From positions 17,548,001 to 17,612,000 of the forward strand of contig NC_087437.1 in the NCBI RefSeq assembly GCF_036321535.1: a DNA stretch of 64,000 nucleotides, given 5' to 3'. The stretch is from Camelus dromedarius. Lineage: Eukaryota. The number at the start of each line of letters is the position of its first letter. Position 1 is the first letter of the stretch. Shown one piece after another: positions 12,736 through 26,097 of this stretch. The notes under the pieces were generated by a model. The model did not search any database. It worked only from the letters and a program-made list of their open reading frames with translations, and was not told the DNA's origin. The position numbers and the translations under genes are program-made.

Positions 12736-13751
12736 GTATTCTTTTCTTTCTCAGAATAAACTCCAGGTTTATGTCCCCAAATGATTTTTAAAGCACAAAA
12801 AGCCAAGAATACATCATTGATGTTTTCTTATGTTCCTGAAAGTCTGGTTCCTCAAAGAAGGGGGAGCTTCGAGATATCAGGAAATCTTGGGGAAAATGTC
12901 ACCAATTAAAATACTAAAACCTTATCCTATTATCAGTACAATGGTGTTACCAGAGATGACCTATGAGATGCCTTTTCTACCAAAACAAGGGAGAAGGAAG
13001 AAAAGGTCTTGGAGGCAGAAGGAAGAGCACTCATTGGTCGAGCCAGGGGGAGAGTGGGTGGGCACTCAGAGTAATCAGTCATGGTGTTTGCCTTGCTCAT
13101 GGCCCCTTCTAGGTAAGTGTGAGCCATTCCACCCCTGTCTGCAGCTGATTGGATGGGAAGTGCTTACTGACCCCAGGGGCAGCCACTTGTCTGCAGGCTG
13201 GTCAGCAACCTATGAAGTTGCCCTGCTCACGAGAGGTCAGTCAGTCAGATTTTTCTCTTTCTCAGGACTGTGAACTAGAAGATGCCAAGAGAAAGAGGCT
13301 GTGAGGAACCAGGGTGAAGTTTAAGGGTTGTGTGAAGAGAAGCCTTGAGGAAGAGTGGGAGCTGACAGGGGTCATGCAGAGTCCAAGTTCTGAGCAGCAG
13401 GGACTCAAGGCAGAGAAACGGCAGGTTGAAAGAATAAGCAATGAAGAGGCTGCAACAGACAAATCCCAGGGAGCGACGGTACCTGCTGGTGTGGAGTGAC
13501 AGGGTGGACATCACTCACTCCAGAGGATCTTCTTCTGCAGGTGGGGGCCAGGAAGTCCCCTGGAATGTCCCTGTCCCTGTCCCTGGTATCAGGGTCCTTT
13601 TCTCTTCCTCATTAATCCACATATATCCTTAAAAATGCCCATCTCCCCACTCAAATTTGAGTTATTTGCAACTGAAAGAACTCTAGTTGAAGGAAGCAGG
13701 GGCTAGACCCAGGTGTCTTCCAAGACCTGGAATTTATAGATGCCCCATCAG

Positions 13752-14060
13752 AGCTTGTTCTATGGTAGGTGACAGAAAACCCAACTCAATTTGGTTTAAG
13801 ATCAATGGCATCGTACTGTCTCACAGAACTGACAAGTCCAGTAGTAAGCTTCACACATGCTGGACTGAGGGCCTCAGATGATGTCCTTAGGACTCTCCCC
13901 TGTATCTGCTCCGTCCTTCTCTGTATTCTCTTCAGGCAACACACTTACATTCTATGGACATGGCGTGTCTTCTTCCTGACTGTTTTGGCAAAAACCCTGG
14001 GAACGAAGATTGGACCAACTTGAACTAGAGACCTGTCCCTGAACAAATGGATTGGTGGGA
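13752..14060. mobile_element. MaLR LTR (old MLT1-like)
   Basis: 'gtgacagaaaacccaactcaa..tggtttaag', 'ctcacagaactgacaagtccag', 'ggcctcagatgatgtc'. Confidence 0.55.
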
Positions 14061-14409
14061 CCAGTCCTGCTCCACTTCATAAACTAAATTAAGGGCAAAT
14101 TATAGACAAACAAGTGTAGCAGTTTACCAGTGTGTGCTCATGTGCCTTTAAATGCATCCATTCATTCCAGCCGGAGCTCAGACAAGACAGAAAAAAACAG
14201 AACCTCAACCTCGCCATCATCCCTACACGAATGCATTTTTTAATTTAAATAGAAATTAATTCGGAAGCCAATACACATTTAATCTGTGTTCATTACTTTT
14301 TTTCATCTTAAAATAACTTTGCAATTTCATATAGACAGTGGCAAATCATGATTAGAGGGTGATAGGACCATGAGAAAATGAGGTTCTCTGTGAACTTAGA
14401 AGGAAACCA

Positions 14410-14612
14410 GCACTGAGTAGCAGAAAGGTAGGTCCTGGGGTCAAAACGGTTGAATCTGGTTCTGTCACCTACTGGCTTGAGTCATTCAACCCCTTTAGGC
14501 TTCAGAATCTGTAATTGGAGATGGCGATAGACATCTTGTGTTGTTGGTGAGGGTTAAATGCAAGGTAAGATTTCTGGCACGTGGGAGGTGCTGACTAGTG
14601 GTAGCTGTTGTT
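14410..14612 (+). mobile_element. MIR SINE
   Basis: 'ttgaatctggttctgtcacctactg...tctgtaattggagatg...ggcacgtgggaggtgct'. Confidence 0.65.
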
Positions 14613-15935
14613 ATCAGGAGCCTGTTTCCTGGCTACACAGATCAGCACTGCAAGATCCTTCTGCCTTCAGGCAACACACACAGCATTATTTCAGACTTCC
14701 TGCCGGGCTGCTTGGCCTGAGCCTACACTCAGCTGACCCCCCTGGTAAAGAAAAACCCTGCTTGAAATCAGTTGACAGTGAGCACTTTGAAAACTATAGG
14801 TGAAATTCAGCTGATAGTAAGTTAATAACTAGCTGGAGCCAAAATAGCCCAATAACGATGAGAGAAAACATATGTCAGATAGAATTCAGTCTTTTTATTT
14901 TTCAGACTAGTTTGTGCAGGTGGTTATAGACACCTGCTATAAACGGCATCCTAAAACCTTAGACCCAGGAGTTGGTAAAGCAGTCCCCAAGAGAGTGTTC
15001 ATGCATGTGTGTGTATGTATGTGTGTGCACGTGTATTTTGGGTGAGCAAGAGGAACAGAGGCGTTGCTGAAGGGGTCCTGAAGTTGGGCACAGAGGCTGA
15101 CGAGCCTCCTGGCAGGTGATAGGATCCTTGCCAAACCGGTGACTAGAGCCTGGGAATGACTGACGGGCTTGGGTCCCACCTGGGGCTGCTCTTGCTGTGG
15201 CTGTCTGCAGGAGAGAGTAGGCCCAGAGAAGATGTCTTAATGGAGAATTCCAAAGCTGGTTTTGAACAGAACCTTGCAGCAGCCAGTGTGATAAGAGACA
15301 GTCAGTGGGAACCCAGCTCTGCGGCTCGTGAGCTAAGCTTGGGGCCAGAGCTCCACCACTGTGCCATCCGTTCAGCGATGCACTTCCTGCCTTGTCCTTG
15401 CAAGCCAGATGTGGGGGCCACACTGTGAACTGGCTCCAAATCAAAACCCACACGGACCTCATCTTTCATGGACCGTTTCTCTAGTTTATCACAGGGGAGT
15501 GGCAGTGTCATGTGGGGCAGTCACTTGGCGGCTAGAGTTTTATAAAAATTAAGAAAGTCACACTTAAAGCCTTGTAGTTAAGGAGTGCTGCTAGCTTTTA
15601 AGTCCTATGTGTCTAGGCCAGAAATAAAGTGTGATGAGAGTTCAGTCATTCATTCCTTTATTTGTTCATTTCACCCTGTCTTGCTTTTCAAGCATTTTGA
15701 AACAGAAGCATTTTCAATAAGGGGAGAAGCCACTGAGGAACAGGAATATAGATGCACCTCAAACATCAGTTGACATTTTAATATATTGATCTTAAAATTG
15801 GGTTCTGAGCTTCCTAGAAGAAGGAAATGTGCTGTAACTGATAAAGGGAGCCATACCAGCACATCTGGAGAAAAACGTTTTCTTGTGATAATTTCTCTAA
15901 GTAAGTGTCAAACAATTGTGTAAGTTACTCTAAAT

Positions 15936-16146
15936 CAGTGGCTCTTTGAGTGTGGTCCCTGGCCACCACCATCACTACCACCACCATCATCGTCATCATC
16001 ATGGAAATTGTTACAAAGGCAGATTCTCAGGCTCCACCCCAGACCTACAAATCAGATACTCTGGGGGGCAGGGTGGAGCCCAACAATTTGAGCTTTAACA
16101 AGCCCACTAAGTGTTTCTGATGGATGCTGAAATTTAAGAACCACTG
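15936..16146. mobile_element. MER5A-like hAT MITE with internal (CAC/CAT)n expansion
   Basis: CAGTGG...CCACTG termini and internal 'gcagattctcaggctccaccccagacctac', 'tttaacaagccc'. Flanks ctctaaat / ttttaaat resemble an 8-bp hAT TSD. Confidence 0.8.
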
Positions 16147-16929
16147 TTTTAAATTTTGTGCTTAGATTTTTAAGGAGGAGCCAGATGCTACTGACTACCT
16201 TGATACCTGCCTGCCTTGTTTAGCGTGCCCTCAGCAATCCGCAAATGCAGGTGACCTATTTCTTGGCCTTTCCCAAGCCTGTGGTCTTGGTATAACAATG
16301 GAATAGGGAAGCCAGAGCTGTCTGTCACCAGCTCTATTCACCCCCTACTAGTTTTTAGGAAGACGATGGCTATTTTTGGAAGATTCATTTTATCAGTTTT
16401 CTTCACCTTCAAACTTGCACTGATGTAACATGAATGTGTTTTTGTGTCTTCTCCAGCTGCAAATCTTTGTCAGTATTGCCAGGGAAAAAAAAAACCCTTA
16501 TAAAATATAACTAGTATAATTTCTTCTCAGTTTCTCCCTTAATATGTGCCTTCATCTTATTAGAGGTAGAAGTTTAATTTACATCCACCAAATCTAATCA
16601 AAATTTCTAATTGCCCACAACATACATTTATATTTGTCTTCTCTATCACACACTCATCCATCTGTGTGTTTGCTGAACCAATTGCTTTTCTCTTACTATG
16701 GAATTTCATGCTTTCTATTTTTTTTTCTTAAAGCAAACTTAATGAACAATTTAGTAAAGAGTACAAAGAAACACCCAAATAGTTGTCTTTCAGTTTCAAA
16801 GATAAATGAGACACCTGATGTTCTGATTTTTATTCAGGTGTATCATGTTATATAGACTCACCCAGTGTATATAACTCTGTTGAAACATTTCCAGGGATTC
16901 TGCATTTAGAGCATTTTAAACTTTTGTCC

Positions 16930-19225
16930 TAGATCAAATAGAGTATCATATGTATGATCTTTTTTCTTTGATTCATCCTATCTGGGACAATGCCCCCATC
17001 CTTTCTCTGCATAAAAGCACACAGTCTTGATTGTTATAGCTAAATCTTACTTTGCCTTTCTATATAAATTCTAGAGTACTTATGTCCATATCTGCAGAAA
17101 ATCTTGCTGAGTGGTAAAATTGTGTTATTTTTTTCCTTCTCAGTCTTGCTAAAGGTTTGTCAATTTTATTGATGTCTTCAAGAACCAGCTGTTTGTTTCA
17201 TTGACTTTTCTCTTTTTTTTTTTTTCCTGTTTTCAGTGTCATTGATTTCTGCTCTTTATTAAGACTTTCCTTCTGCTTTCTTTGGGTTTCTTTTCTTTTT
17301 TTGGTTTTTGAGGTAAGAGCTCAAATTATTGATTTTAGATGGTTCTTCTTTTCCAGTGTATGCATTTAGTGCTATAAAATTTCCTCTAAGCACTGCACTA
17401 GCTGTGTCCCACACATTTGAAAGATTGTGCTTTCATTTCCATTCAGTTCAATTTATATTTTGATTTCCCTTAAGACTTCTAATTTGGCCCATGGATTTCT
17501 CTTTGGAAATGTGTTGTTTAGTTTCCAAATGTGTGAAGATTTTCCCATTTTCTTTCTGTTATTTAACTTTAGTTTGATTCCATGGTGTTCGTCAAACACA
17601 CTCTTAAGATATCAATTCATTTAAGTTTGTTGAGGTTTATTTTATGGTCCAAGACTTAGTCTATATTGGCATATGTTCCATGATCACTTAAAAATATGTG
17701 TATTCTGCTGTCATTTGGTGGAGTATTCTATAAATATTAATTATATCCTGTTGGTTGAACGTGTTGTTGAGTTCTTTGTATTGCTTATTTTCTGTCTAGT
17801 TATTCTATAAATTGTTGAGAGAGGGGCTGTTGAGATCTCCAACTATAACTGTGGATGTGCCTATTTCTCCTTTCAGTTTTCGCTTCACTTATTATTCAGC
17901 TCTGTTGTTTGGTGCATACACATTTAGGATTGCTGTGTCTTCTGGATGGATTGACCCTTTTATCATTAATATAATATCCTTCCCATCTCTGGTAATTTTC
18001 TTACTCTGAAGTCTACTCTTGCTTTCCTTGATCGCTGTTTGCATGATTTATGGGTATCTATTATGTCACATTCAACATGCCTATATCATTATGTTTGAAG
18101 TGATAGCATATAGTTGGGTCAGATTTTTAAATCCACTGCCAATTTTGGTCTTTTAATTGGTGTATTTAGATAATTTAGGTTTAATGTAATTATTGATATG
18201 TAGTGCTTTATTTTTTGTTTTACTGTCTCTGTTTTCTTTCACCTATGGGGTGCCTGAACATTTTTTAGAATTCCATTTTGATTTATGTATATTGTTTTTG
18301 TGAGTACTTTTTTTGTATCGGTTTTTTAGTGGTTGCTGTAGGTGTTAAATTACACATACATAACTTATCACAGTCTATTGGTGTTATTTTGCCAGTCTGA
18401 GTGGAGAATAGAAACCTTATCTCTATTTTTCCCTTTGCTCTCTCCCATGTGTGATATATTGTCTTACATATTTCCTCTACATACATTTAGAACCACATAA
18501 CTCTATAATTTTTGCTTTAACCATCAATCATAATTTAGGAAATTCCAGAGGAGAAGAAATCTATTTTATTTACTCATATTTTTACCTACCATGTGCTTTT
18601 TCATTTCTTGGTGTTCCAAGGTTTCCTCTTTTATTGTTTCCTTTTTCTTTGGAGAACTTTCTTTAATCTGTTTTTTTTTTTTTTTTTACAAGAATATGTC
18701 TACTAGTGACAAATTCTCTTACATTTTCTTCATCTAAGAGTCTTGATTTCCCCTTCATTCCAGAGGATATTTTTGCTGACTGTAGAATTCTACATTGACA
18801 TTTCTTTTCTTTCTCTCTCTTTTTTTTTTTTTTAGCACTTGAAAAATATGCTGCCACTTTCTTCTGGATTCCACAGTTTCTGATGAGCAATCTGCTGTTA
18901 TTCAGATTGTTTTCCCTGTAGGTAAAGTGTTGTTTTCCTCTGGTTGTTTTCAAGATTTTAATTTTGTTTTTAGCTATCAGAATTTTAATTATGATATGAC
19001 TTGACATGGATTTCTTTGGATTTATGCTATTTCAGGTATCATCTTAAATCTGTAATTTTCTGTCTTTTGCCAAATTTGTGAAGTTTCCAGCCATAATTTC
19101 TTTGAGTATTTTATCAACTCCACCCTCTTTATCCCCTCCTTCTAAAGACATAAATGTTAGATATTTGTTATGTACCATAAGTCCATAAGGCTGGTTTGTT
19201 TTCCAGTCCATTTTTTCTCTGTTCT
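16930..19225 (-). mobile_element. Old L1 (L1M-type) ORF1 / ORF2-endonuclease region
   Basis: T-rich antisense L1. ORFs 18663..19007 and 19044..19232 resemble ORF1 ('HIIIK...KILK..R', 'ILKEIMA.NF.NL.KD'). Confidence 0.8.
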
Positions 19226-19239
19226 CTTGCAAACATCTT

Positions 19240-20720
19240 CAACATCCTTGGTCCTATCTCCCTTCTACCCCAAGCTTGGCTAAACTCAATTATCTGCTTA
19301 CACAGATCAGTAGAACATTGCTGGAGGAAAAAAAAAAATACTCAGGCTGACTGGTTGCTTTTAAAATTTGTGACTGCAGATTTCAAATAGGTATTGGACA
19401 TCTGAAATTCTGCTCTCCTTCGTAGGGGGTTGGTTCACTTTTACTGTCCAAGATGACTTTTCTTCTCAAAACTCCTACAACATCTTCCTTCCTCCTTGCT
19501 AGGTTAGTGTTCTCATTACATCCTTCTGGAACATTCTTGTTTCTCCACATTAAATATTCAAGACTCTCTGCCCCTGTACTGACATTCTCTGTCTTTTGTT
19601 ACAGTGGAAGCAGCATCCTTCAGTGTGTGCGAGAATCATTTCCCCTTCTCATCTTCCTGAGGACTCTCTTCCTGAAACCACCCTTTTCTCCTCCCTGTAT
19701 CTTCAGTCTTTCCTGTACTACTAAATTATTCCCAAAGGCCTTGAAATGCATGCTAAAATATCTCCCACCTCAAAATGAAATACGGCAAACCAAAAAACGC
19801 ACCTTCCTTGATACCTGTTCCCTCTGCATCACAACTCCATCTGTGTTTCTTTTCTGAGCAAAACTTCTTGAGTTTTTTACTCTTTCTGTCTTCATTATCT
19901 TATTTCCCATCCAAGAGTTAACACTGAAATAAAATTAAAATTGCATTATGAAACATTTCAAGTAAACTGAAAAGTAGACTAGTCAATCTATTGACTTTTG
20001 CCTCCACTCTGCCAATTATATTGCTCTTGTCAAGGTCACCAATGACTATGTTGCCAAATCTAACTATCTTTATCACTATTTCACTTGTTCCTCTATTGAT
20101 TTCTTTGATACCGCTGTCTCTTGGTTTTACTTTTACCTTTCCTGCTTCCTTCACTAGCTCCTCTAGATCTACTAGGGTAATGTAGGAGTGCCCCTGGGCT
20201 TGGTTCTGCCTTCTTTCCTTTCCACACTTTCTTTCCTCAAGACCTTATCCAATCTTATGATTTAGATATTGCTATATTCTGACCACTTTCTGTTTTATAT
20301 CTCCAGCTTTGACCTCTCCCTTGAGCACCAGGCTCAGATATTCAGCTGTATGCTTGACATATCTAATTGGTCTTTAGATGTCTAATTGGTCTTTCAGACT
20401 TAATAGGTAATGTTTAGTTAAACTCTGGATTTTTAACATCCCCCGTTACCACCTTTTCCTTCATAATCCTTCCTCTTTAGGTTGTCTGAATCTTTATAAA
20501 TGTTGCCCTCTTAGCTGCTTGAGCACCAAACCTGAGAATTACCTTAATTCTTCTTTTTCTTCACTCCCACCCAAACCATTAGCAAATCCTTTAAAATATA
20601 TCTTGAATAAGTTGGCTTCTCTCCATCTTCGGTGCCTGCACCCTAATCCAAGTCACCATTGCTCTCTCCTGGACCACTGATAACAGCTTTCTCTGGTCTT
20701 TGTTTCTACTCTTGCTTCTT
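19240..20720 (+). mobile_element. L2 fragments
   Basis: 'tgctcttgtcaaggtcaccaatgac', 'tatatctccagc..tgacctctccc', 'ccaagtcaccatt..ctctcctggac' are L2 ORF2 motifs. Confidence 0.65.
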
Positions 20721-20936
20721 CATGAAACTGGAATCTTAGCTTTAAAATGGAAAAAGACAAACCACAGAAAAGTACAGTAATGACAACCTGATACTTAACA
20801 CCTCGAATAAACAGATGTTAACATTTGGGCATATTTTTACTTTGATTTTATTTTTTTTAAGAAATAAAGTAATATTAAGTTAAACTCTTTCATGTATTCC
20901 TCTTCATAATGCCATTTCCATTTTCCTTCTTCTTCT

Positions 20937-23167
20937 TCTTTTTTTAAAAAAACTTATGTTTTTATGCTTTCCCCTTAGCTTTATTAAGATATTATATATA
21001 ACACTGTGTAAATTTAAGGGATACAATGTGATTGCTTGATACACATATATATTATGAAATGATTACTATAATATGGTTCATTAAAACATCCAGCAACTCA
21101 CATAATTACATTTTTTTTTGTGGTGAGAACATTTAAGATCTACTCTCTTAGCAACTTTCAAATATAAAATACAGTATTGTTAACTACAGCCACCATGCTG
21201 ACTGTAAGATCCCCAGAACTTATTCTTCTCATACCTGGAAATCTGTACCCTTTGATCAACATCTCTCCATTTCCCCACCCTCCTGACCCTGGCAACACCA
21301 TTCTACTCTATGTTTTTCTGAGTTTGGCACTTTTAGATTCCACATATAAGGGAGATCATACAGTGTTTATCATTCTCTGTCTGACATTTAGCATAATGCC
21401 CTCAAGTTCCAACCATTTCATCATAAATGATGTGGTTTCTTCTTTTTTTATGACTGGAAAAGATTCCATTATATATGGTATATACTGCATATTTTTAATC
21501 CATTCATCCATTGATGGACACTTGGGTTGTTTCCATATGTTGAATATTGTGAATAACACTATAATAAACATGGGAGTGCAGATATCTCTTTGACATAGTT
21601 ATTTCATATCCTTTATACTCAGAAGTGGGATTTCTGGATCAAATGTTAGTTCTATTTTTAATATTTTGAGGAACTTCCATAGTTCCTGTACCAATTTACA
21701 TTCCCACCAACAGTGCATAAGGGTTCCCTTTTGTCCACATCATTGCCAACACTTGTTATCTCTTGTTTTTTGATAACAGCCATTCTAACAGGTGTGAGGT
21801 GATAGCTCATGTGGTTTTGACTTTCTATTCCCTGGTGATAAGTGATGTTGAGCATCTTTTCATGCACCTGTTGGCCATTTGTATGTCTTCTTTGGAAAAG
21901 TGTCTATTCAGTTCCTCTCTCCATGTAAAAATTGAATTTTTATTTTTGCTGTAGAGTTGTACAAGTTCCTTACATATTGTAGATATTAATACCATTGTCT
22001 GATGTATGGTTTGCAAATATTTTCTCCCATTCCATAGATTGCCTTTTCATTCTGTTGATTGTTTCTTTTTCTTTGCAGAAGACTTTTAGTTTGATATAGT
22101 CCCACTTATTTATTTTTGCTTTTGTTGCTTACACTTTTTAATGTCATATTCAAAAAAATCATTGCTAAAACCAATGTCAAGTAGCTTTACCCTTATGTTT
22201 TCTTCTAGGGGTTTTATACCTTCAGTTCTTATGTAAATCTTTAATCCATTTTGAGTAAATTTTTGTGAGTAATATAAGATAGGGGTCCTATTTTGTTCTT
22301 CTGCACATGATTATCCAGTTTTCTCAGTTCCATTTATGGAAGAGATTATTCTTTCTCCATTGAGTATTTTTGGCTTCCTTGTCAAATATTACTAACTGAA
22401 TATGTATGTGTTTCTTTCTGGGCTCTTGATTCTGTTCCATTCACCTATGTGCCTTTTTTTTTTTAAAATGCCAGTACCATACTGTTGTGATTATTACAGC
22501 TTTGTAGTATAGTTTAAAGTCAGGAAGTGTGATGCCTCCAGCTTTGTTCTCTCTCAAGATTGTTTTGCCTGTTTGGGATCTTTTGCGGTTCTATACAAAT
22601 TTAGGATTCTTCTCTCTATTTCTGTGGAAAATGCCATTGGAATTTTGATAAGGATTACACTGAATCTACAGATGGCTTTGAGTAGTATGGACATTTTAAC
22701 AATATAAATTCTACCAATCCACAAACAATATATCTTCCATTTATTTGTATCTTCTTCAGTGTTTTCCATCAAAGTCTTACATTTTTCTGTGTACAGGTCT
22801 TTTACCTCTTTGGTTAAGTTTATCCCTAAGTATTTTAATCTTTTTGATGCTATTGGAAACAAGATTGTTTTCTTTATTTCTCTCTCTGATATTTTGTTAG
22901 TGTATAGGAATGAAACTGATTTCTGTATGCTAATTTTGCCTCCTGCAACTTTACTGAATTTGTTGATTAGTTGTAACAGGTTTGTTTTTGCTTTTGTAGA
23001 GTGTTTAGGATCTGCTGTATATATATGTCATCTGCAAATAGAGACAATTTTGTTCTTCCCTGAGTCTCCCACAAAGGCACCTTCTCTGTGGGTGGTTGTC
23101 AAATTATTGTTGTTAAGGGGAGATACAAGTGAGGGATGTCTTATCTGGCCATCTTGCTGCCATCACT
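20937..23167 (-). mobile_element. L1MA-like element: 3' ~2.1 kb of ORF2/3'UTR fused to ~108 nt of the L1 5' terminus
   Basis: ORF2 fragments '[15 protein letters not shown]' (22554..22862) and 'WKQPKCPSMDEWI' (21356..21571). ORF2 stops at ~23058. Then comes a segment similar to 3300-3387 with a YY1 motif (GGCCATCTTG at 23147-23156). Confidence 0.85.
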
Positions 23168-23690
23168 TATCCCCCCTTTCCTTCCTTCCTGATGTAACCA
23201 CTATGATAAACTTGGTGTATGTCTTTCTTGTCCACATTTTTATACTTTTACTCCCCATATTCGTATTTGATATCCAGCATTGTTATGTCTTGTATTATTT
23301 TGCATTAAAATTTTAATATATTGATATAGATCAAATTTATTTATTTTGCTTACTGAATAGAATTGCATTAGGTGAATAGATCTCATTTTACTTGTTTATC
23401 CATCAATAGTCCACAGCCTTTAATGCTTTATTGTTGCCAAGAGTGCTGTTCCATTCAGCCTTGGATGTGTCTTCTTATACAACATATTCAAGAATTTCTC
23501 TGGCAGATCCCGGGAATGAATGGAAATGCTGGCTCCTATGGTAATGCATGTTTGGTTTTACCTGAAACTGTCAAACTGCTCTTCAAAATGGCAGTACATT
23601 CCCACCAGTGCTATGAATGTCCTTGTTTCCCTATATTTCCCAACATTTGATACTTTCTGACTTAAAAAAAAATTTGACAATCTAAAAGAT
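23168..23690 (-). mobile_element. Older L1ME-like 3' region (host of the 20937-23167 insertion; left part ~20740-20930)
   Basis: 'gtaaccactatgataaacttggtgtat', 'tggaaatgctgg', 'acattcccaccagtg' are decayed antisense L1 motifs. Confidence 0.6.
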
Positions 23691-24369
23691 ACCTAAAAGT
23701 GAGCTTTAAAGAAACATGAAAAGATGTCACATCATGCCACTCCTACTTCCTACCCTTCAGTGGGGGCCTTACATTGGAAATAAAATCCACACTTTAAAAA
23801 AAAAGACATGGCCTAGTAAAGCTGAACACTGTCAGGCCTCTGCCTAGACCTCCACCATCCCCTTGTACCATTCATTCTCTGTTTTACTTCAAATGCCAGG
23901 GCCATGCTGGACCCTTTTCTGTTTCTCAAGCTAGCCAAGCTCTGAGTTGCCTTGCAGCCTTTACAATGGCTTCTTTATCTATGTGCTATTCTAGTCCCAG
24001 CTCTTAGCTTGATTGTCAGCTTATCTTTGAGGCTTCAAGATGAGGGGACAAATGTTGCTTCCTCAGAGGGGCCTTCTAAGACCATCCTGTGTAGGGGGCA
24101 ATTCTGTTCTCCCCTTCCTCATTTTTTCCTCTTAAGTCATCCCCCTTTCACTTACTACATTCTGTTTATTTATATTTTCTTGTTTATTTTGTACATGCAC
24201 TATAGTTACTACTTTCCTTCCATCCTCCAAATCTCCAGCAATATGTCTTTTGAGTTCCATGCTAACTCAGGATTATGCAGCCAAGGGAATTTTGGGAAAT
24301 GCAGTTCTAGCTTGGTTAGGTTGACATAATACAAATCCAGCACTCTTCTTACAGATTAGGAAAGGAACA

Positions 24370-24570
24370 GATATTTATTGGATCCTTTTATGGGCCGGGG
24401 ACCATGCTAGGTGATTTACATATATTCTCACTTAATCCTCAGAACAGCTCTGTGAAGTAGATGGTTTTATTCTCATTTTCAGAAGACTGAAGCTCTAAGC
24501 GATTAAACAGCTTGTTGCATATCATATAGTTACTCAGAGATGTCATTTGTATTTAAATCCAAGTCTTTCC
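24370..24570 (-). mobile_element. MIR SINE
   Basis: 'ttctcacttaatcctcagaacagctctgtgaagtag...ctcattttcaga..actgaagct'. Confidence 0.7.
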
Positions 24571-24894
24571 AATTCCCAAACCCATTCAATGATGTAGTCC
24601 CATGTTTAAAATTATTAGATAATTGTTTTGCTATTTATACAATTTTGGTAGATTGATTTTGTCTTGGAAAAGTAAAGCTGTTAGCAACCATTAGCTTTTC
24701 ATCTAAGTAAGTGTCCAGTGGGGAGATGGTTCCTTGTATTTCCCACTTAAGCCAGGATAACTATCTGAGACAGATGATCTCAATTATTAATTTTTATTTA
24801 TTCATTTACTTAAATTTTTTTCTCTCTGTAAATTATGTTATTGATCTACCATGCACTCTGACATTCAATGCAACTGTTGCCTCTCTTTGCCCCC

Positions 24895-25008
24895 CTCAGT
24901 TTTACTGAAAGATAGTTGACATACAGCACTGTATAAGTTTAAGATATACAGCATAATGACTGGACTTACATACATTGTGAAATGATTGCCACAATAAGTT
25001 TAGTTCAC
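24895..25008 (-). mobile_element. Short L1 3'-terminal fragment
   Basis: 'ttttactgaaagatagttgacatacagcactgtataagtttaag...gaaatgattgccacaataagtttag', similar to 635-745. Confidence 0.75.
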
Positions 25009-25429
25009 GCTGGACCTCAACTCGTAATGGGCATAGGAGTCATGCAGAGAGTGGATGATATTCACAAGTGTATCCCAAACTTGCTTGAGAGTTAGAATCA
25101 CCTGGGATATCTGTGAAAAGTTCAGATTTCTAAGTCACTCAGAAGACCTGAGTCATCAGATTTAGGGAGCGGTTGGGTTGGGAAACTGTTTTAAACGAAG
25201 ATCCTAAGCGATTTATATCATAAGAAGAAACTGAGCAACACTGCCTTACTCCCTACTTCAAAAGCTTTTGATGGTGTGGCAGCTAACTTGAGTTTGAAAA
25301 GGAAAGTGTCTGGAGTTTTAGTAAGAATGGCAGGAGTGCAAGGTATGCCTTGCAGATGTAAGCAACTTCCATGACGAAAGGTTGTTTATACAACTGATTA
25401 TACGCGGACATGTGTGAGTGCTTGAATAG

Positions 25430-25905
25430 TCAGGTCTGACACAGGGGAAAACCCTCTAGGCATTTCAAGATAGAAAATTTATCCAGGAATTGGTAACAAG
25501 GGTGTTGGAAGGGCTGGAAAAACAAAACCGGGGAAGGCAAAGTTATGCAAAGAGGAGTAACTGCAGGAAACCGCTAAAGGGGAAACAGGGTGATCTGCGG
25601 CTTAGCCACTGTTGGGGTGGACCGCTAAAAGGGGTGGGGTGGGAGAGAGAGAAAGGGACAGAGACCAAGAGAGACCTGAGTCAGAGAGACGGAGAGAGAG
25701 AGAGTGAATGATGTCTTCTGTCCTATTCCTGCCCTTGAGTCTCCTCCAGTGTTTCTCATTGGCTGAACGTGGCTGGAATTCAGCTGGGGAATGAGTGTAG
25801 GGACTGTAGTTAGCAGGTATCCAGCCCACTGAGATACACGCTGAGCAGAACATAGATGGTGGGTGTGGAGCTGAGAGCCAACAGGCAAATAACCAGCCAA
25901 ATGTC
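25430..25905. mobile_element. Old ERVL-type LTR
   Basis: 'ctcctccagtgtttctcattggctgaac...ggcaaataaccagc' resembles LTR33/41/67-type LTRs. Subfamily uncertain. Confidence 0.4.
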
Positions 25906-26097
25906 CAGTCAAAACCAGGTCATGACCTGAGGCCCTCTGTAGGTGGGAGGCAAAAACAAGTCACAGCCCAAAGCAGGGACTGAGGAGAGTGTAGGTTGAT
26001 CAGAGTTGTGTCCATTTCGTGTACAAGTACTGGTTAATGTGGTATGATATGGCTTATGACTTAATGAATGGAATGAGACTCCATTATCATTGTCTGT

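Noticed and set aside
22759..23316. 185-aa hydrophobic ORF resembling a membrane protein
   Set aside because: It is an antisense reading of T-rich L1 ORF2, a common artefact.
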